A stretch of 64,000 bases of DNA from an uncultured bacterium (GTDB taxonomy: Bacteria > Patescibacteriota > Minisyncoccia > Phycocordibacterales > Phycocordibacteraceae), in contig CAWKPH010000001.1 of the NCBI GenBank assembly GCA_963851445.1, positions 297,363 to 361,362 on the forward strand, given 5' to 3'. The position numbers and the translations under genes were made by a program. The notes below the pieces were generated by a model. It was not told the DNA's origin and did no database searches. It was given only the letters and a program-made list of their open reading frames with translations. Below, piece after piece: positions 21,555 to 31,281 of the stretch; position 1 is the first letter of the stretch, and every line of letters begins with the position of its first letter.

Positions 21555-22106
21555 CTAGCGACCAGCTGAAAGTGCAGCTTTTAGACGCTCATCACGACCA
21601 ACGACAGAAAGAGGAACGCTTGCGAGTGCCCGCCGTGCTTCTCTATCCGTGTACCCAAGCGCAACGAGCGTGTCAAATACTTCCGCATCGTTACTAGATT
21701 GCTCGTTTTTTGTAACTTCAACCTTTTCCGAGAGTTCGACTGCAAGTTTCTCGGCAGATCTTTTACTAAGACCCGCAACCCGCGTTAGATAGGTGATATC
21801 CCGTACAGAAATCGCCTGTTCAAGCGATTCGCGCGGCGCGCGCGTCAGAATCGTGAGTGCGGTTTTTGGTCCGATACCTGAAACCGTTATAAGGAGTATA
21901 AATAGTGCAAGATCAAGTTTGTCGGTAAACCCGTAGAGTTCAGGGCCATCCTGTTTTACACACATATGAGTGAAAAGTGATACGACAGCGCCTTCTTTCA
22001 ACAGGAGCGAGGAAGTCATAAAAACGAATACACCGAACCCATTTACATCGATAACCGCGCCATTTGGTTCTGTCGAAAGCACTGTACCGCGTATCTGTCT
22101 GATCAT
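21555..22106 (-). CDS. ruvA: Holliday junction binding protein RuvA
   Basis: IRG, DVNGFG, LYGF, VSGIGPKTAL, LVALGY. Confidence 0.95.
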   Translation of the reverse strand: MIRQIRGTVLSTEPNGAVIDVNGFGVFVFMTSSLLLKEGAVVSLFTHMCVKQDGPELYGFTDKLDLALFILLITVSGIGPKTALTILTRAPRESLEQAISVRDITYLTRVAGLSKRSAEKLAVELSEKVEVTKNEQSSNDAEVFDTLVALGYTDREARRALASVPLSVVGRDERLKAALSAGR

Positions 22107-22180
22107 ATAACTATCGTACCACTTTTCTTTTTAGCGCAGATTCTTGCGAAGAATAGAGCTTTCGTGTAGGATTCGTGGAC

Positions 22181-22444
22181 ATGGCAATTACAAAGTCAGC
22201 GAAGAAGGCATATCGCGCGTCCCTCCGGAAGCGCGTATTCAATGTTAGGCGCAAACGAGCTCTTACGAATACAACCAAGGAAGTAAAGAAGCTCATGGCA
22301 ACCGATGTGAAAACCGCTGGAAAGTCTCTCTCTGAGGCATATCAGGCAATCGATAAGGCAGCAAAGCGCGGCATCATAAAGAAGAATACGGCGTCACGCA
22401 AGAAGTCTCGTTTAGCAAAAGCACTCGCAAAAGCGAAGGTGTAA
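22181..22444 (+). CDS. rpsT: 30S ribosomal protein S20
   Basis: MAITKSAKKA...IDKAAKRGIIKKNTASRKKSRL. Confidence 0.96.
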   Translation: MAITKSAKKAYRASLRKRVFNVRRKRALTNTTKEVKKLMATDVKTAGKSLSEAYQAIDKAAKRGIIKKNTASRKKSRLAKALAKAKV

Positions 22445-22447
22445 ATG

Positions 22448-22490
22448 AAAAGCAAAAGCCCCGCACAAAAAATGCGGGGCTTTTGCTTTT
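22448..22490. terminator. Bidirectional intrinsic terminator
   Basis: AAAAGCAAAAGCCCCGCA-loop-TGCGGGGCTTTTGCTTTT between convergent genes. Confidence 0.85.
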
Positions 22491-22496
22491 ATTGCT

Positions 22497-24746
22497 TTAG
22501 AACAAGTGACCCAGTAGAGAACCAACCCAACCAAAGAAATTTACTATATATCCCCAAAACGATTCACCGCCAGACGATGCGCCTGCAGCGGCAAGCTGAT
22601 TTGATACGTCGGTGCTTGTAGTCCCTGAGGTATTTGTAGAACGAAGAGCTGCAAGATTAGGATTGCTTTCAGTAGTAGCCGTTTTTGTTCTAGTCACCGT
22701 ACCTACAAATGGAGTTATCACCGGGACAAGCGGTGGAACAACGATCGGAGTCGTTGAAGCTTCAGTTGAGGAGGCTGTAAGAGTGGTCGATGTCGCTGTT
22801 ACCAAGGTGGTCGTGCTTGCTAAGTCCGTTCCAGTTAAATCACTCGTTGATGCGTACACACCCGCAGGTAAAGGAAAGCCCGACAAAAGAGAATTCCACG
22901 AACGTCCTTCAATCGCAGAAAGTGCATATGCAGTAGCCCATACGCGATTATCAGTACCAGTCGAAGGAAGATTAAATCCACCATCAGATTGTTGAAGCGA
23001 CTCAAGTGAGGTAAGAGGAGTTCCTGCACCGACGCTCCATGATGAGGGAGATTGGCCAAGCGATGCAATGGCACCCAAAACCCAGCTTGTCGAGTAGCTA
23101 TTTCCAAATCCGCCATCAGACTGTTGCTGCTTGTGCAGATACCCCTGGGCATTTTCGATCGCAGTCTCTACCCCTGGAAGGGATGCCAGTGGCGTGAGTG
23201 CTTGGATGCCAGCTGCAGTTAAGTCACTACTTTCGTCCCAGGAGCCGTCAGATTCCTGCCGACTAACTACAAAGGCAGCGGTTTTCTGGATGATCGTGTC
23301 GCTACTGGTATAACCAGCTTTTGGGAGAACGATGAGTGCGAATATATCACCGTTATCAAGCGTAGGGTCGCCAATCTCTGTACCATTAAACGAATTCACA
23401 ATAGGTGTGATATCGTCGCCGGCCGTAGTGTAGGGATTAAGACCAAGTGACATGAGCGCCATTGCGTGCCTCTCATAGTCAGTGACTAGAGAAAGAGTCT
23501 GAGGGGTCGATTCTAGATATGCTTTGATCTGGGCACGTGCACTCTGAGGCGCATCAGGAAGCGAGAGAGCAATAGCAGCCCAATCGGTTATAAGTGGCGT
23601 ATCGAAGGAGCCTCCCGGAAGTTGTTGAGCCGCAAGATAAGAAAATGCTGAGGCAGTTGGAGAAGAATCGGTACCACCTCCGCCACCACCTGAGCCTCCA
23701 GTACCCCCGCCCGTCGTGCTTGTTGCGGTAGTGCTCGTCGATACAGGAAGTACAGTGAGAGGGGTTAGGAAAGAGTAGTAGTCCTCTTCAAGGCCAACGC
23801 CATAGGAGCCAGGCGTATTAAGGGTGAATGTTGCTTGGCCGTTTGCGTCCACTGTTGAGGTTGCGATTTCGGTTGGTGAGTACGGATCACTGGGATTGGG
23901 TTGTGTGACGCCGATTGTGTATCCGGTGATCGGAGAAAATGTATCGGTTGTGGGATCATATGACTGTGCGGTTGCCGTAATACTCTGTCCGGCAGCAATA
24001 GTTGTTGTCGAAAGTGAAACTTCTCGAGGTGTCCCAAAATACAGATTAACCGAATCACCGTTCTGTAACGTATATTGGTCGGCCCCTTCTTGCGGATACA
24101 TTCCATCAACCTCGTACTGCCAGTCTCCACACAGAGGAGAATTCAGGTCACCCGGGATCGTTATGCAATTGATATAAAATTCACCATACGAAGCATAGTA
24201 CTCAAGATCAGATATTGAGAAAGTACTTTCGGAAGATTCAAGTTGAATAAGTGCGCCTAGAAGGCTTTCACTTGCAACAGGAACGGTCGTGCTGCTGTTG
24301 GTTGGAAGCACAGAGGTAGTACTTGTGCCGATCGGGAAAGTGAGAGTGCCGTTGAATGCGATTGTTGAGCCATCACGAACAAGCAGGTGCGCGGTTCCTG
24401 TGGTGGGACTCGTAGAGGTGGATGTTCCTGAAGGAGATGTTGATGGTGGGGTCGTTGTGCCAACGTCATCTGGTGTGGTTGAAGAGGCAGTAGAGCTTGC
24501 GGTGTCATTTGGGCTGGTCGATGTTGAGAGAGACTGAATAGTATCGAGTGAAAATGGAGGTATTGTAATATCAGGATCAGTGCTCGACGCAGTTGTTGAA
24601 TCTGTACTTGTTGCTGTTGGGCTGGTGCTGCTTGCTGTAGAAGTGGTTCCTGATGATTCATCCGCATATACCGATTGCAGGGGAATTGCGATAATGAATG
24701 CAGCTGCAACGATGATCCCTATAAACCCAAATTTATTTTCCTCCAT
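22497..24746 (-). CDS. Surface protein with DUF4430-like domain and prenyltransferase/squalene-cyclase-type repeats; probable cobalamin-binding protein
   Basis: 'WQYEVDG....GADQYTLQNGDSV' and repeated Q.SDG.F/W motifs; second gene behind the cobalamin riboswitch. Confidence 0.75.
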   Translation of the reverse strand: MEENKFGFIGIIVAAAFIIAIPLQSVYADESSGTTSTASSTSPTATSTDSTTASSTDPDITIPPFSLDTIQSLSTSTSPNDTASSTASSTTPDDVGTTTPPSTSPSGTSTSTSPTTGTAHLLVRDGSTIAFNGTLTFPIGTSTTSVLPTNSSTTVPVASESLLGALIQLESSESTFSISDLEYYASYGEFYINCITIPGDLNSPLCGDWQYEVDGMYPQEGADQYTLQNGDSVNLYFGTPREVSLSTTTIAAGQSITATAQSYDPTTDTFSPITGYTIGVTQPNPSDPYSPTEIATSTVDANGQATFTLNTPGSYGVGLEEDYYSFLTPLTVLPVSTSTTATSTTGGGTGGSGGGGGGTDSSPTASAFSYLAAQQLPGGSFDTPLITDWAAIALSLPDAPQSARAQIKAYLESTPQTLSLVTDYERHAMALMSLGLNPYTTAGDDITPIVNSFNGTEIGDPTLDNGDIFALIVLPKAGYTSSDTIIQKTAAFVVSRQESDGSWDESSDLTAAGIQALTPLASLPGVETAIENAQGYLHKQQQSDGGFGNSYSTSWVLGAIASLGQSPSSWSVGAGTPLTSLESLQQSDGGFNLPSTGTDNRVWATAYALSAIEGRSWNSLLSGFPLPAGVYASTSDLTGTDLASTTTLVTATSTTLTASSTEASTTPIVVPPLVPVITPFVGTVTRTKTATTESNPNLAALRSTNTSGTTSTDVSNQLAAAGASSGGESFWGYIVNFFGWVGSLLGHLF

Positions 24747-24768
24747 ACACTGTTTGTAATTTTTATAA

Positions 24769-25305
24769 TTAATTTTCATACTTCCACGCGACAACATCTC
24801 CTGGTGAAAGTGTCGTTTCCGAAACACCTGTCTGTGATTGCACCCCGTTTACATACAGCATCCAGTAATAGTTATTTGCACTCCCCTTGCGATCAATTGA
24901 TTCAATAAATTCACCAAGCCCAGGATATTCTTTTTCGGTATATGTGATAGAGCCATTAGCTTCTAGTGCTTGCATCGCGCTAGCAATCGTTTCGCCAGAC
25001 GTCACAGCTACTGGGTATGAATTGCCGTTTACAACAAATGTTGCCTCAGCAGTTGTTATTTGTGTGTGAGCCGTTTCTTGACTCGTGGAACTTGCTTTAG
25101 ACGTTGGAAGAACAGAAGGAACTGGGCCCGAAGTCGTAGATTGTGCTAAGGACGCTTCCGAAGAGGTCATCGAGGCTGAAAGAGCAGCAATCGGAACGGT
25201 TCGAGTATTCAAAACCGGTTTCGAATACTCGAAGCCCACAATAAGGGCGCCCACTGCAATAAGCAGGGCGGCAGCGATGAGTGTTTTGTAAATACGGGAT
25301 GGCAT
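24769..25305 (-). CDS. DUF4430 (transcobalamin beta-domain-like) protein
   Basis: 'GEFIESID....NYYWMLYVNG....GVSETTLSPGDVVAWKY'. Confidence 0.8.
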   Translation of the reverse strand: MPSRIYKTLIAAALLIAVGALIVGFEYSKPVLNTRTVPIAALSASMTSSEASLAQSTTSGPVPSVLPTSKASSTSQETAHTQITTAEATFVVNGNSYPVAVTSGETIASAMQALEANGSITYTEKEYPGLGEFIESIDRKGSANNYYWMLYVNGVQSQTGVSETTLSPGDVVAWKYEN

Positions 25306-25399
25306 GGTGAGTTAGTAGATAAAAAGCAAAATCTCTGCCATCCCGAGCAGAGTACCTAAATGCACTATTGATTCGAACGGTTCCTGCTCGGGAATGAAT

Positions 25400-25515
25400 C
25401 GGCGTTTGATGACCGGACTCGTTCCGTGCCCAATAGAGCAGGACGTTACCGTTGCGGCACAGTGGAGGAATCTAACCTCAGCTTCCACTCTGATCCCTAG
25501 GGACCAGATCCAAGA
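25400..25515 (-). promoter_or_regulatory. Cobalamin riboswitch (short type), with a downstream expression-platform hairpin at 25340-25393
   Basis: Minus strand reads GTGGAAGCTGAGGTTAGATTCCTCCACTGTGCCGCAACGGTAA...GAGTCCGG, matching the B12-element core, and lies upstream of DUF4430 genes. Confidence 0.85.
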
Positions 25516-25656
25516 GACTGCTCTTGGCAAACTACCGAAGCTGATTATAACGTTCTTGCACAGGATGTTGCAAGTTTGTCCACCGTTTACCGCTTGGCAC
25601 TCAAGGGGAAAAGGCCATACTAGAGATAGTTATTATAGAAAGCCTAACTATCCAGT

Positions 25657-27429
25657 ATGGAAAAAGGTCTCGTCTTTACTCTCGTCGCCCTCTTTTTTTT
25701 CGTCACCTTCGCCGTTCCAACGAGGGCCCAAGCTATTGAGCCGGGATTAGGACTAGGGTCCCAAGGAAATGCAGTCACAATCCTTCAACAGACACTTAAA
25801 GATGAGGGCTTCTTTACCTACCCTGTGATAACTGGTTTCTTTGGCACCATCACCAAACAAGCAGTTATTGCGTTCCAAGACGCCTATGCGAACAGTGTGC
25901 TAGCACCGCTTAATCTTACTCGAGGTACTGGGTATGTCGGTTCTCTTACCGCCGCGGCTCTCAATGCGGCGAATCAGAAATCTGGTTCCATATCAATGAC
26001 GTTTGTTGCCTCCTCCACAACCATAACTCCCGGTCAATCAACAACATTGTCGTGGACCACAAGCAATGCCACCTCGTGCAGCGCTTCTGGTGGTTGGAGT
26101 GGTTCAGAAAATCTCGGCGGCTCACTCGTACTCACCCCAACTTCCTCTACCACCTACACCCTTACCTGTTCTAATAACAAGAAAAGTAGCTCCCAAAGCG
26201 TTGTGGTATCGGTTACAACTACGCCGCCACCCCCAACCCCACCAACCGTCTCCCTCTCAGCCTCCCCAACAAGTATCACCGCAGGAGGATCTTCAACCCT
26301 CACCTGGAGCTCCACAAATGCGACTTCGTGCACTGCCACTAACTTCTTGGGGAGTGGTACGAGTGGCTCGGTAACAGTCTTTCCGACTACCTCTACTACC
26401 TATACCATCACGTGTACAGGAACAGGAGGGAGTGCGACAGGATCGGCTACGACGACCATTATTAGCGGCACGCCACCCTTAGCATCTGGCCAGCTCCCAA
26501 ATATTCTCTCAGGCTATATGACGCGTCCTCCCTGGCAGGTTGCAGGTGTTGATTACCCCGTTGGTGTACCTGTGGGTACAACCCTCAAGGACCCTCTTAC
26601 CCCGGGAGCTCTCCCTAGCTGTGCTGATACGAGCGACTATACTCTCTATGGGCGGCAATTCATTCGGGTCTCCGGCAGCAACTGTACGATCAACGGCTTT
26701 GACTTCTCACTTCATGGTGGACTGGGTCTCTATATCACCGGTTCAAATATTACGGTGACCAATTCGAACTTCGTATCTCCTACGACAACAGCGTATGTCA
26801 TTCAGGAAGCATCTCCAGCTACTGGAATTACTATTGAAAACAACACCATAGATGGTGATGGAGCTAGTGGTAACGCGGATTTAATTGGCATCAACGGGGG
26901 AACCGCGATAGTAGAAAACAATTGGTTGAAGAACTTCCCGCAGCATGCAGTAGATATCAATGGAACCACAAACCTTACCTACAGTTACAATCTTGTAGAG
27001 AACGGAGGAATGGTCGCTGGTTCGCATCTTAATTATCTTCAGTGGGGCAATGGAGCAGGTCAGTCGTCAGCGGTGGTTGAATACAATACTACCTATCAAC
27101 AACCACAAGTTGCGGGTGGAGAAGGATTCCAATTTGATCCATTTGGAACAATCACATTCTCATCAATCACAGTTGATCACAACACAATGATAGCGGTGCC
27201 AAGTATATCCGGTACTCCTCCGGTCTCGTATTTTGTGCATGGCAGTACGTGCTCATCCTCTGCTGTGTGCGGCACAGGCACTCCGGTCTCAGGACTGGCT
27301 ACGTTCTTTGACAACTACTTCGATGCGAGTGGCGCCTACGGAACGTTTTATCCCCAGTCTGTACAGAACCCACCATGGACGATTTCGGGGAACGTAGATA
27401 TGAGAACCGGCCAAGCTATAAACTCTTGA
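25657..27429 (+). CDS. Secreted protein: peptidoglycan-binding domain, two Ig-like repeats and a right-handed beta-helix
   Basis: 'LGSQGNAVTILQQTL...TGFFGTITKQAVIAFQ', two 'TLSW..SNATSC' repeats and Asn-rich parallel beta repeats. Confidence 0.8.
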   Translation: MEKGLVFTLVALFFFVTFAVPTRAQAIEPGLGLGSQGNAVTILQQTLKDEGFFTYPVITGFFGTITKQAVIAFQDAYANSVLAPLNLTRGTGYVGSLTAAALNAANQKSGSISMTFVASSTTITPGQSTTLSWTTSNATSCSASGGWSGSENLGGSLVLTPTSSTTYTLTCSNNKKSSSQSVVVSVTTTPPPPTPPTVSLSASPTSITAGGSSTLTWSSTNATSCTATNFLGSGTSGSVTVFPTTSTTYTITCTGTGGSATGSATTTIISGTPPLASGQLPNILSGYMTRPPWQVAGVDYPVGVPVGTTLKDPLTPGALPSCADTSDYTLYGRQFIRVSGSNCTINGFDFSLHGGLGLYITGSNITVTNSNFVSPTTTAYVIQEASPATGITIENNTIDGDGASGNADLIGINGGTAIVENNWLKNFPQHAVDINGTTNLTYSYNLVENGGMVAGSHLNYLQWGNGAGQSSAVVEYNTTYQQPQVAGGEGFQFDPFGTITFSSITVDHNTMIAVPSISGTPPVSYFVHGSTCSSSAVCGTGTPVSGLATFFDNYFDASGAYGTFYPQSVQNPPWTISGNVDMRTGQAINS

Positions 27430-27475
27430 ATTCAATAGCAAATTGACACCTCAGCCCAGACTTCTAAAAACGCGG

Positions 27476-27547
27476 TGCTCTCAGCGGGAATCGAACCTGC
27501 ATTTGCTCCTTCGGAGGGAGCCGTCCTATCCATTGAACGACGAGAGC
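27476..27547 (-). tRNA. tRNA-Arg(CCG)
   Basis: Cloverleaf with loop CTCCGAA. Confidence 0.93.
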
Positions 27548-27549
27548 TC

Positions 27550-27570
27550 TGTGGATAACCTTGTCCACAG
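27550..27570. promoter_or_regulatory. Inverted pair of DnaA boxes
   Basis: TGTGGATAA-CC-TTGTCCACA region, immediately 5' of the tRNA. Confidence 0.55.
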
Positions 27571-27650
27571 GTGTACTAAGAGTAGGCAAATGCTGAACTT
27601 TGCGCAATTGCATTGCCCAGCCAGGGAGGGGAAGCTACAATACAAGTCCG

Positions 27651-28217
27651 ATGAAGACCTATTCTTTCAAAACTGGCTGGTTAAAACTTGTGCTCGGCTG
27701 GATCCTTGTCTTTGCCATACGTCTTATTCCATTTCGACCTCCGAATTTCGAGCCTGTACTTGCGACAGTCATGCCATTCTCCAAGAAGTACGGCCTTTTA
27801 GAGAGTTTTTCCTTTGGATTTTTGAGCATCGTATTGTTTGATGCAGTAACCTCAGGTATCGGATTATGGACCGTTGGCACCTCCATAACGTACGGCATAC
27901 TTGGCGTCGGTTCCTATTTCTTCTTCAAAAATCACAGCGCATCGGTAAAGAATTTCCTCATATATGGCATCATAGGCACACTTTTTTATGACCTCATAAC
28001 GGGTATATTAATGGGCCCACTGCTTTTCCATCAACCATTTATGGTCGCACTTATTGGTCAGATACCCTTCACGCTCTCACATCTTCTTGGCACGATTACG
28101 TTTTCTGTATTTCTGAGTCCTGTATTGTATCGCTGGGTTGTTAAAAATGATGCACTTGAATTCTCTTTTCCTTTTCAAACAGCTCTTGCACACAGTCGCG
28201 TGAGCCAATTAGATTAG
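27651..28217 (+). CDS. ECF transporter S-component, CbrT/BtuM-like (probable cobalamin substrate)
   Basis: Six TM helices and 'RLIPFRPPNFEPV' motif; near the B12 riboswitch operon. Confidence 0.65.
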   Translation: MKTYSFKTGWLKLVLGWILVFAIRLIPFRPPNFEPVLATVMPFSKKYGLLESFSFGFLSIVLFDAVTSGIGLWTVGTSITYGILGVGSYFFFKNHSASVKNFLIYGIIGTLFYDLITGILMGPLLFHQPFMVALIGQIPFTLSHLLGTITFSVFLSPVLYRWVVKNDALEFSFPFQTALAHSRVSQLD

Positions 28218-28378
28218 TGCACCATTCCTTAAATCAATTGCCTCATTACACAAGCTCTCGACATACGCACTGCGTGAGTCTAAACGTAACGGGTTCTTGT
28301 CCACCCAAAAAAGTTGTTTGATTCATAAAACGCTATAGAATTAGGGCCATAGTCGGGAGTTGTGACTTAGTATTCCAG

Positions 28379-30544
28379 ATGCATCGTATGTACCTCCTTT
28401 CCCGTATTTTCCTTCTCCTCTTCCTCTTTCCCACCCTAGCTTTCGCTCAAACCTCAACCCTACCAACCAGCTCACTCGTTGCTGCCCCAGGTACAATAAC
28501 CCCAGGCTCTTTCGTGGGACTGAAATATTCATGCGGTAGTAATACAAATGGTCCTACTACCTCAGCTTCCTTAGAAAACGGTGACAGAGTCCTAGGCACC
28601 CTAAACCATGATCCTACCACTGGAGCATTTAGTGGCATTTTTTGGGTCGCACCGGCCGTCACCACGACCTACACCTTGATTTGTAAGGGACCAGGAGGAT
28701 CCTCTTCGGCAACGGCAACCTTCACGGTCGTACCGCTAAGCGCAAGCCCGGCAAGTATTCCTGTTGGGGGAATGTCAGCATTGAGTTACGGCTGTGCAGC
28801 AGACGCGACCTCAGCTTCCTTGAGTGGTGATCCCATTCAGAAAGCCCTAAACGGTATGGTGTATGTTACTCCCAAAGTCACAACAACTTACGCCCTCATC
28901 TGTACCAAAGGAGGGGTCTCTACTAAATCCTTAGCTACGGTTACCGTTACTCCCCCAGTCACCTTCGCCCTGCCCCCCGTCACTACCGTCGGAATACATT
29001 TGGGACAAGTGTTTGACTCTAGGATTGGACAAGCTGGCTTGGACCCCACTCACATCATAAATGACGAGATTGGTCTCATTGACTACGTCTGGGGAGCCTC
29101 GAAACCTGTTCCGAAAGCTGCATATACGACGTTTTATGATCCGCTACAAGAAAACCCCGACCCGACTCAAGGAATTGTGCCCGTGAATGACACACATACC
29201 ATCTCCTGGTTCAAAGCCAACCATCCAGACTGGATTGAATACACGTGCGCAGCCGCCCAGTATAAAAATCAAGCGAGTGCCCCGGACTCAGATATCGCCT
29301 GGGAATTTGGCGAGCAGAGCGATAAAGGACAATGGACACCCATTGATGTCGATAATCCTCAAGTCTTAAATTATCTCCTTGCCACGTATTTCGAGCCAGC
29401 TATCCAAGCGGGATATAAGGGCGTTGCGCTCGATAATGTGTATTTTGAAAACCTCTGGGGACGGTGTGGCCATTTTGCACCAAATGGTGGTGGCTGGGTT
29501 CAGCAGTATAGCGGTGCCGTCGATAATGACCCTGCATATATCAATCACATTGTTTCGTACGTGCAAAGACTCTATCCAGCAATCCATGCTATTGGAGGAA
29601 GCCTGACGGGGAATTTTGACTATGATTTTGAAGACACACTGAGTGACGCTACTACTAGTATCGATACTACTGCGCAGAATCTTGATATCATCATGCCCGA
29701 AGGTTTCGTGAGTTCCATTGGAAAAGGAACTGGAAATTCAAGTGTAGCTGATTGGCTTACTGATATGCAGTTCCTGCAGTATGTGCAATCTTCTCTTGGA
29801 AAGAGTGTCTTTGCCAACGACTACTACCTCTATGCGAATGATCTAACTTATGAGGACACAGCAGCACATGAGAACGTGCAAAATGCTCTTCAGTGGGGGT
29901 TAGCTAATTACCTTCTTATTAAAGAGAATCATACGTACTTTTCGCTTGTAGATGAGTATGCGACCCCGCAATTCCCACCCGGATTTCTTGATACAAGCAA
30001 CCCTCGATCAACACTAGCGTGGCTCCATCCAGAGTATCAAGCATCCATAGGAGCCCCCATCGTTCCTAGTGGAGCCACCACCGATGCCATGTACGAATCC
30101 CAGGGAGTCTATATGCGAAATTACTCAAATGGTTTAGTGATTGTGAATCCTGATCCAACAGCAACGAGTACTATTACACTGCCTTCAAATACCTATATAG
30201 ATTTGTATGGAAACACTATTGGTTCGACACTTGCGATGGGTCCGCAATCAGGAGCCGTGTTACTTGACGGAAGTGGCGAGTCGTCAGCGCAAACGGAGTA
30301 CCTTCAAGACTTTGTTAGTAACGATGCGAGCCTCCTTCCCGTCTATTCTCTTGGCATTCAAGGCGATCTCGAAGGGGGTAGTGACGATACTGCCTACATA
30401 GGCAATCTTGGGGGTGCGGATACAACGTATACCGTGAGCGACAACTCTGTCACTGCTACTAGCAATACACTGGACGATCCCTTTCAGAATATGGTTACAT
30501 ATCAAACTCCTACTGAAAACTTCGGAGGAGATGGCGGCGACTAA
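28379..30544 (+). CDS. Secreted putative glycoside hydrolase (TIM-barrel, GHL15-like) with N-terminal Ig-like repeats
   Basis: 'TTTYTLIC' repeats, 'HPDWI', 'GYKGVALDN' and 'GVYMRNYSNGLVIVNP'. Confidence 0.65.
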   Translation: MHRMYLLSRIFLLLFLFPTLAFAQTSTLPTSSLVAAPGTITPGSFVGLKYSCGSNTNGPTTSASLENGDRVLGTLNHDPTTGAFSGIFWVAPAVTTTYTLICKGPGGSSSATATFTVVPLSASPASIPVGGMSALSYGCAADATSASLSGDPIQKALNGMVYVTPKVTTTYALICTKGGVSTKSLATVTVTPPVTFALPPVTTVGIHLGQVFDSRIGQAGLDPTHIINDEIGLIDYVWGASKPVPKAAYTTFYDPLQENPDPTQGIVPVNDTHTISWFKANHPDWIEYTCAAAQYKNQASAPDSDIAWEFGEQSDKGQWTPIDVDNPQVLNYLLATYFEPAIQAGYKGVALDNVYFENLWGRCGHFAPNGGGWVQQYSGAVDNDPAYINHIVSYVQRLYPAIHAIGGSLTGNFDYDFEDTLSDATTSIDTTAQNLDIIMPEGFVSSIGKGTGNSSVADWLTDMQFLQYVQSSLGKSVFANDYYLYANDLTYEDTAAHENVQNALQWGLANYLLIKENHTYFSLVDEYATPQFPPGFLDTSNPRSTLAWLHPEYQASIGAPIVPSGATTDAMYESQGVYMRNYSNGLVIVNPDPTATSTITLPSNTYIDLYGNTIGSTLAMGPQSGAVLLDGSGESSAQTEYLQDFVSNDASLLPVYSLGIQGDLEGGSDDTAYIGNLGGADTTYTVSDNSVTATSNTLDDPFQNMVTYQTPTENFGGDGGD

Positions 30545-30575
30545 CATCCTAATTAACCCTTTATACTATTCTCAT

Positions 30576-31127
30576 ATGAACAAACCACTCATCACCGGCA
30601 CCCTGGGCTTCCTCGGAGGAGCAGCTTTTGTTGTTATTATCTTCACCACTCCTCATGTCTTTCCCTTGAATGGTCTCTCGGCAAGTGCAGACTCAGCACT
30701 CATCACCGGAAAGGGAATACCAGGACAAATAGACTGTGATCGTCTTGCTATCAATGCTCGTGAAGCAGCGGTGGTGAAGGCCAACACTGCCTATGAGGAG
30801 GCAGTGAACACTGCCTATGCAGCTCGAGGTACTGCGCTCAACAGTGCCTACACCAGCTCCTCCTGGAGCACCGTCGCCTCAGGAGTGAAGACAACCTTCA
30901 CTACTTTCCTCACCAGCATGACCAGCGCCCAGGCTACTCTCAAAACAGCTGACCAAGCAGCAACCAACTCCTACAACGCTGCCGTAACCCTGTGCCAAGC
31001 AAATAACCCTTCTTCGCCGCCAGTTCTTCAGAAGACCCCACCGACCGCCACCACCACTCCACCGACAACCCCCGCACCTCCTACGGGACCTCAGCAGTCT
31101 CTGCCACCTGGCGTGAATCAACAGTAG
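30576..31127 (+). CDS. Secreted Ala/Thr-rich helical protein with Pro-rich tail
   Basis: N-terminal TM helix and Cys-flanked coiled-coil. Confidence 0.65.
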   Translation: MNKPLITGTLGFLGGAAFVVIIFTTPHVFPLNGLSASADSALITGKGIPGQIDCDRLAINAREAAVVKANTAYEEAVNTAYAARGTALNSAYTSSSWSTVASGVKTTFTTFLTSMTSAQATLKTADQAATNSYNAAVTLCQANNPSSPPVLQKTPPTATTTPPTTPAPPTGPQQSLPPGVNQQ

Positions 31128-31154
31128 ATTAAAGATTGCATGTCGAACCTAATG

Positions 31155-31226
31155 TGCTCTCGGTAGGAATCGAACCTACATTACCAGCTCCGCAAGCTAG
31201 CGTCCTATCCATTGAACGACGAGAGC
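31155..31226 (-). tRNA. tRNA-Arg(GCG)
   Basis: Cloverleaf with anticodon arm CTAGC-TTGCGGA-GCTGG. Confidence 0.92.
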
Positions 31227-31281
31227 AATACTTCAGGTGAAGTGTTTTTGACTGTACCGTCCTTGCTACCTGTTCGCAAGT

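Noticed and set aside
27522-31226. 26-bp direct repeat flanking 27.5-31.2 kb as attL/attR
   Set aside because: Both copies are 5' ends of complete paralogous tRNA-Arg genes, and no recombinase lies between them.
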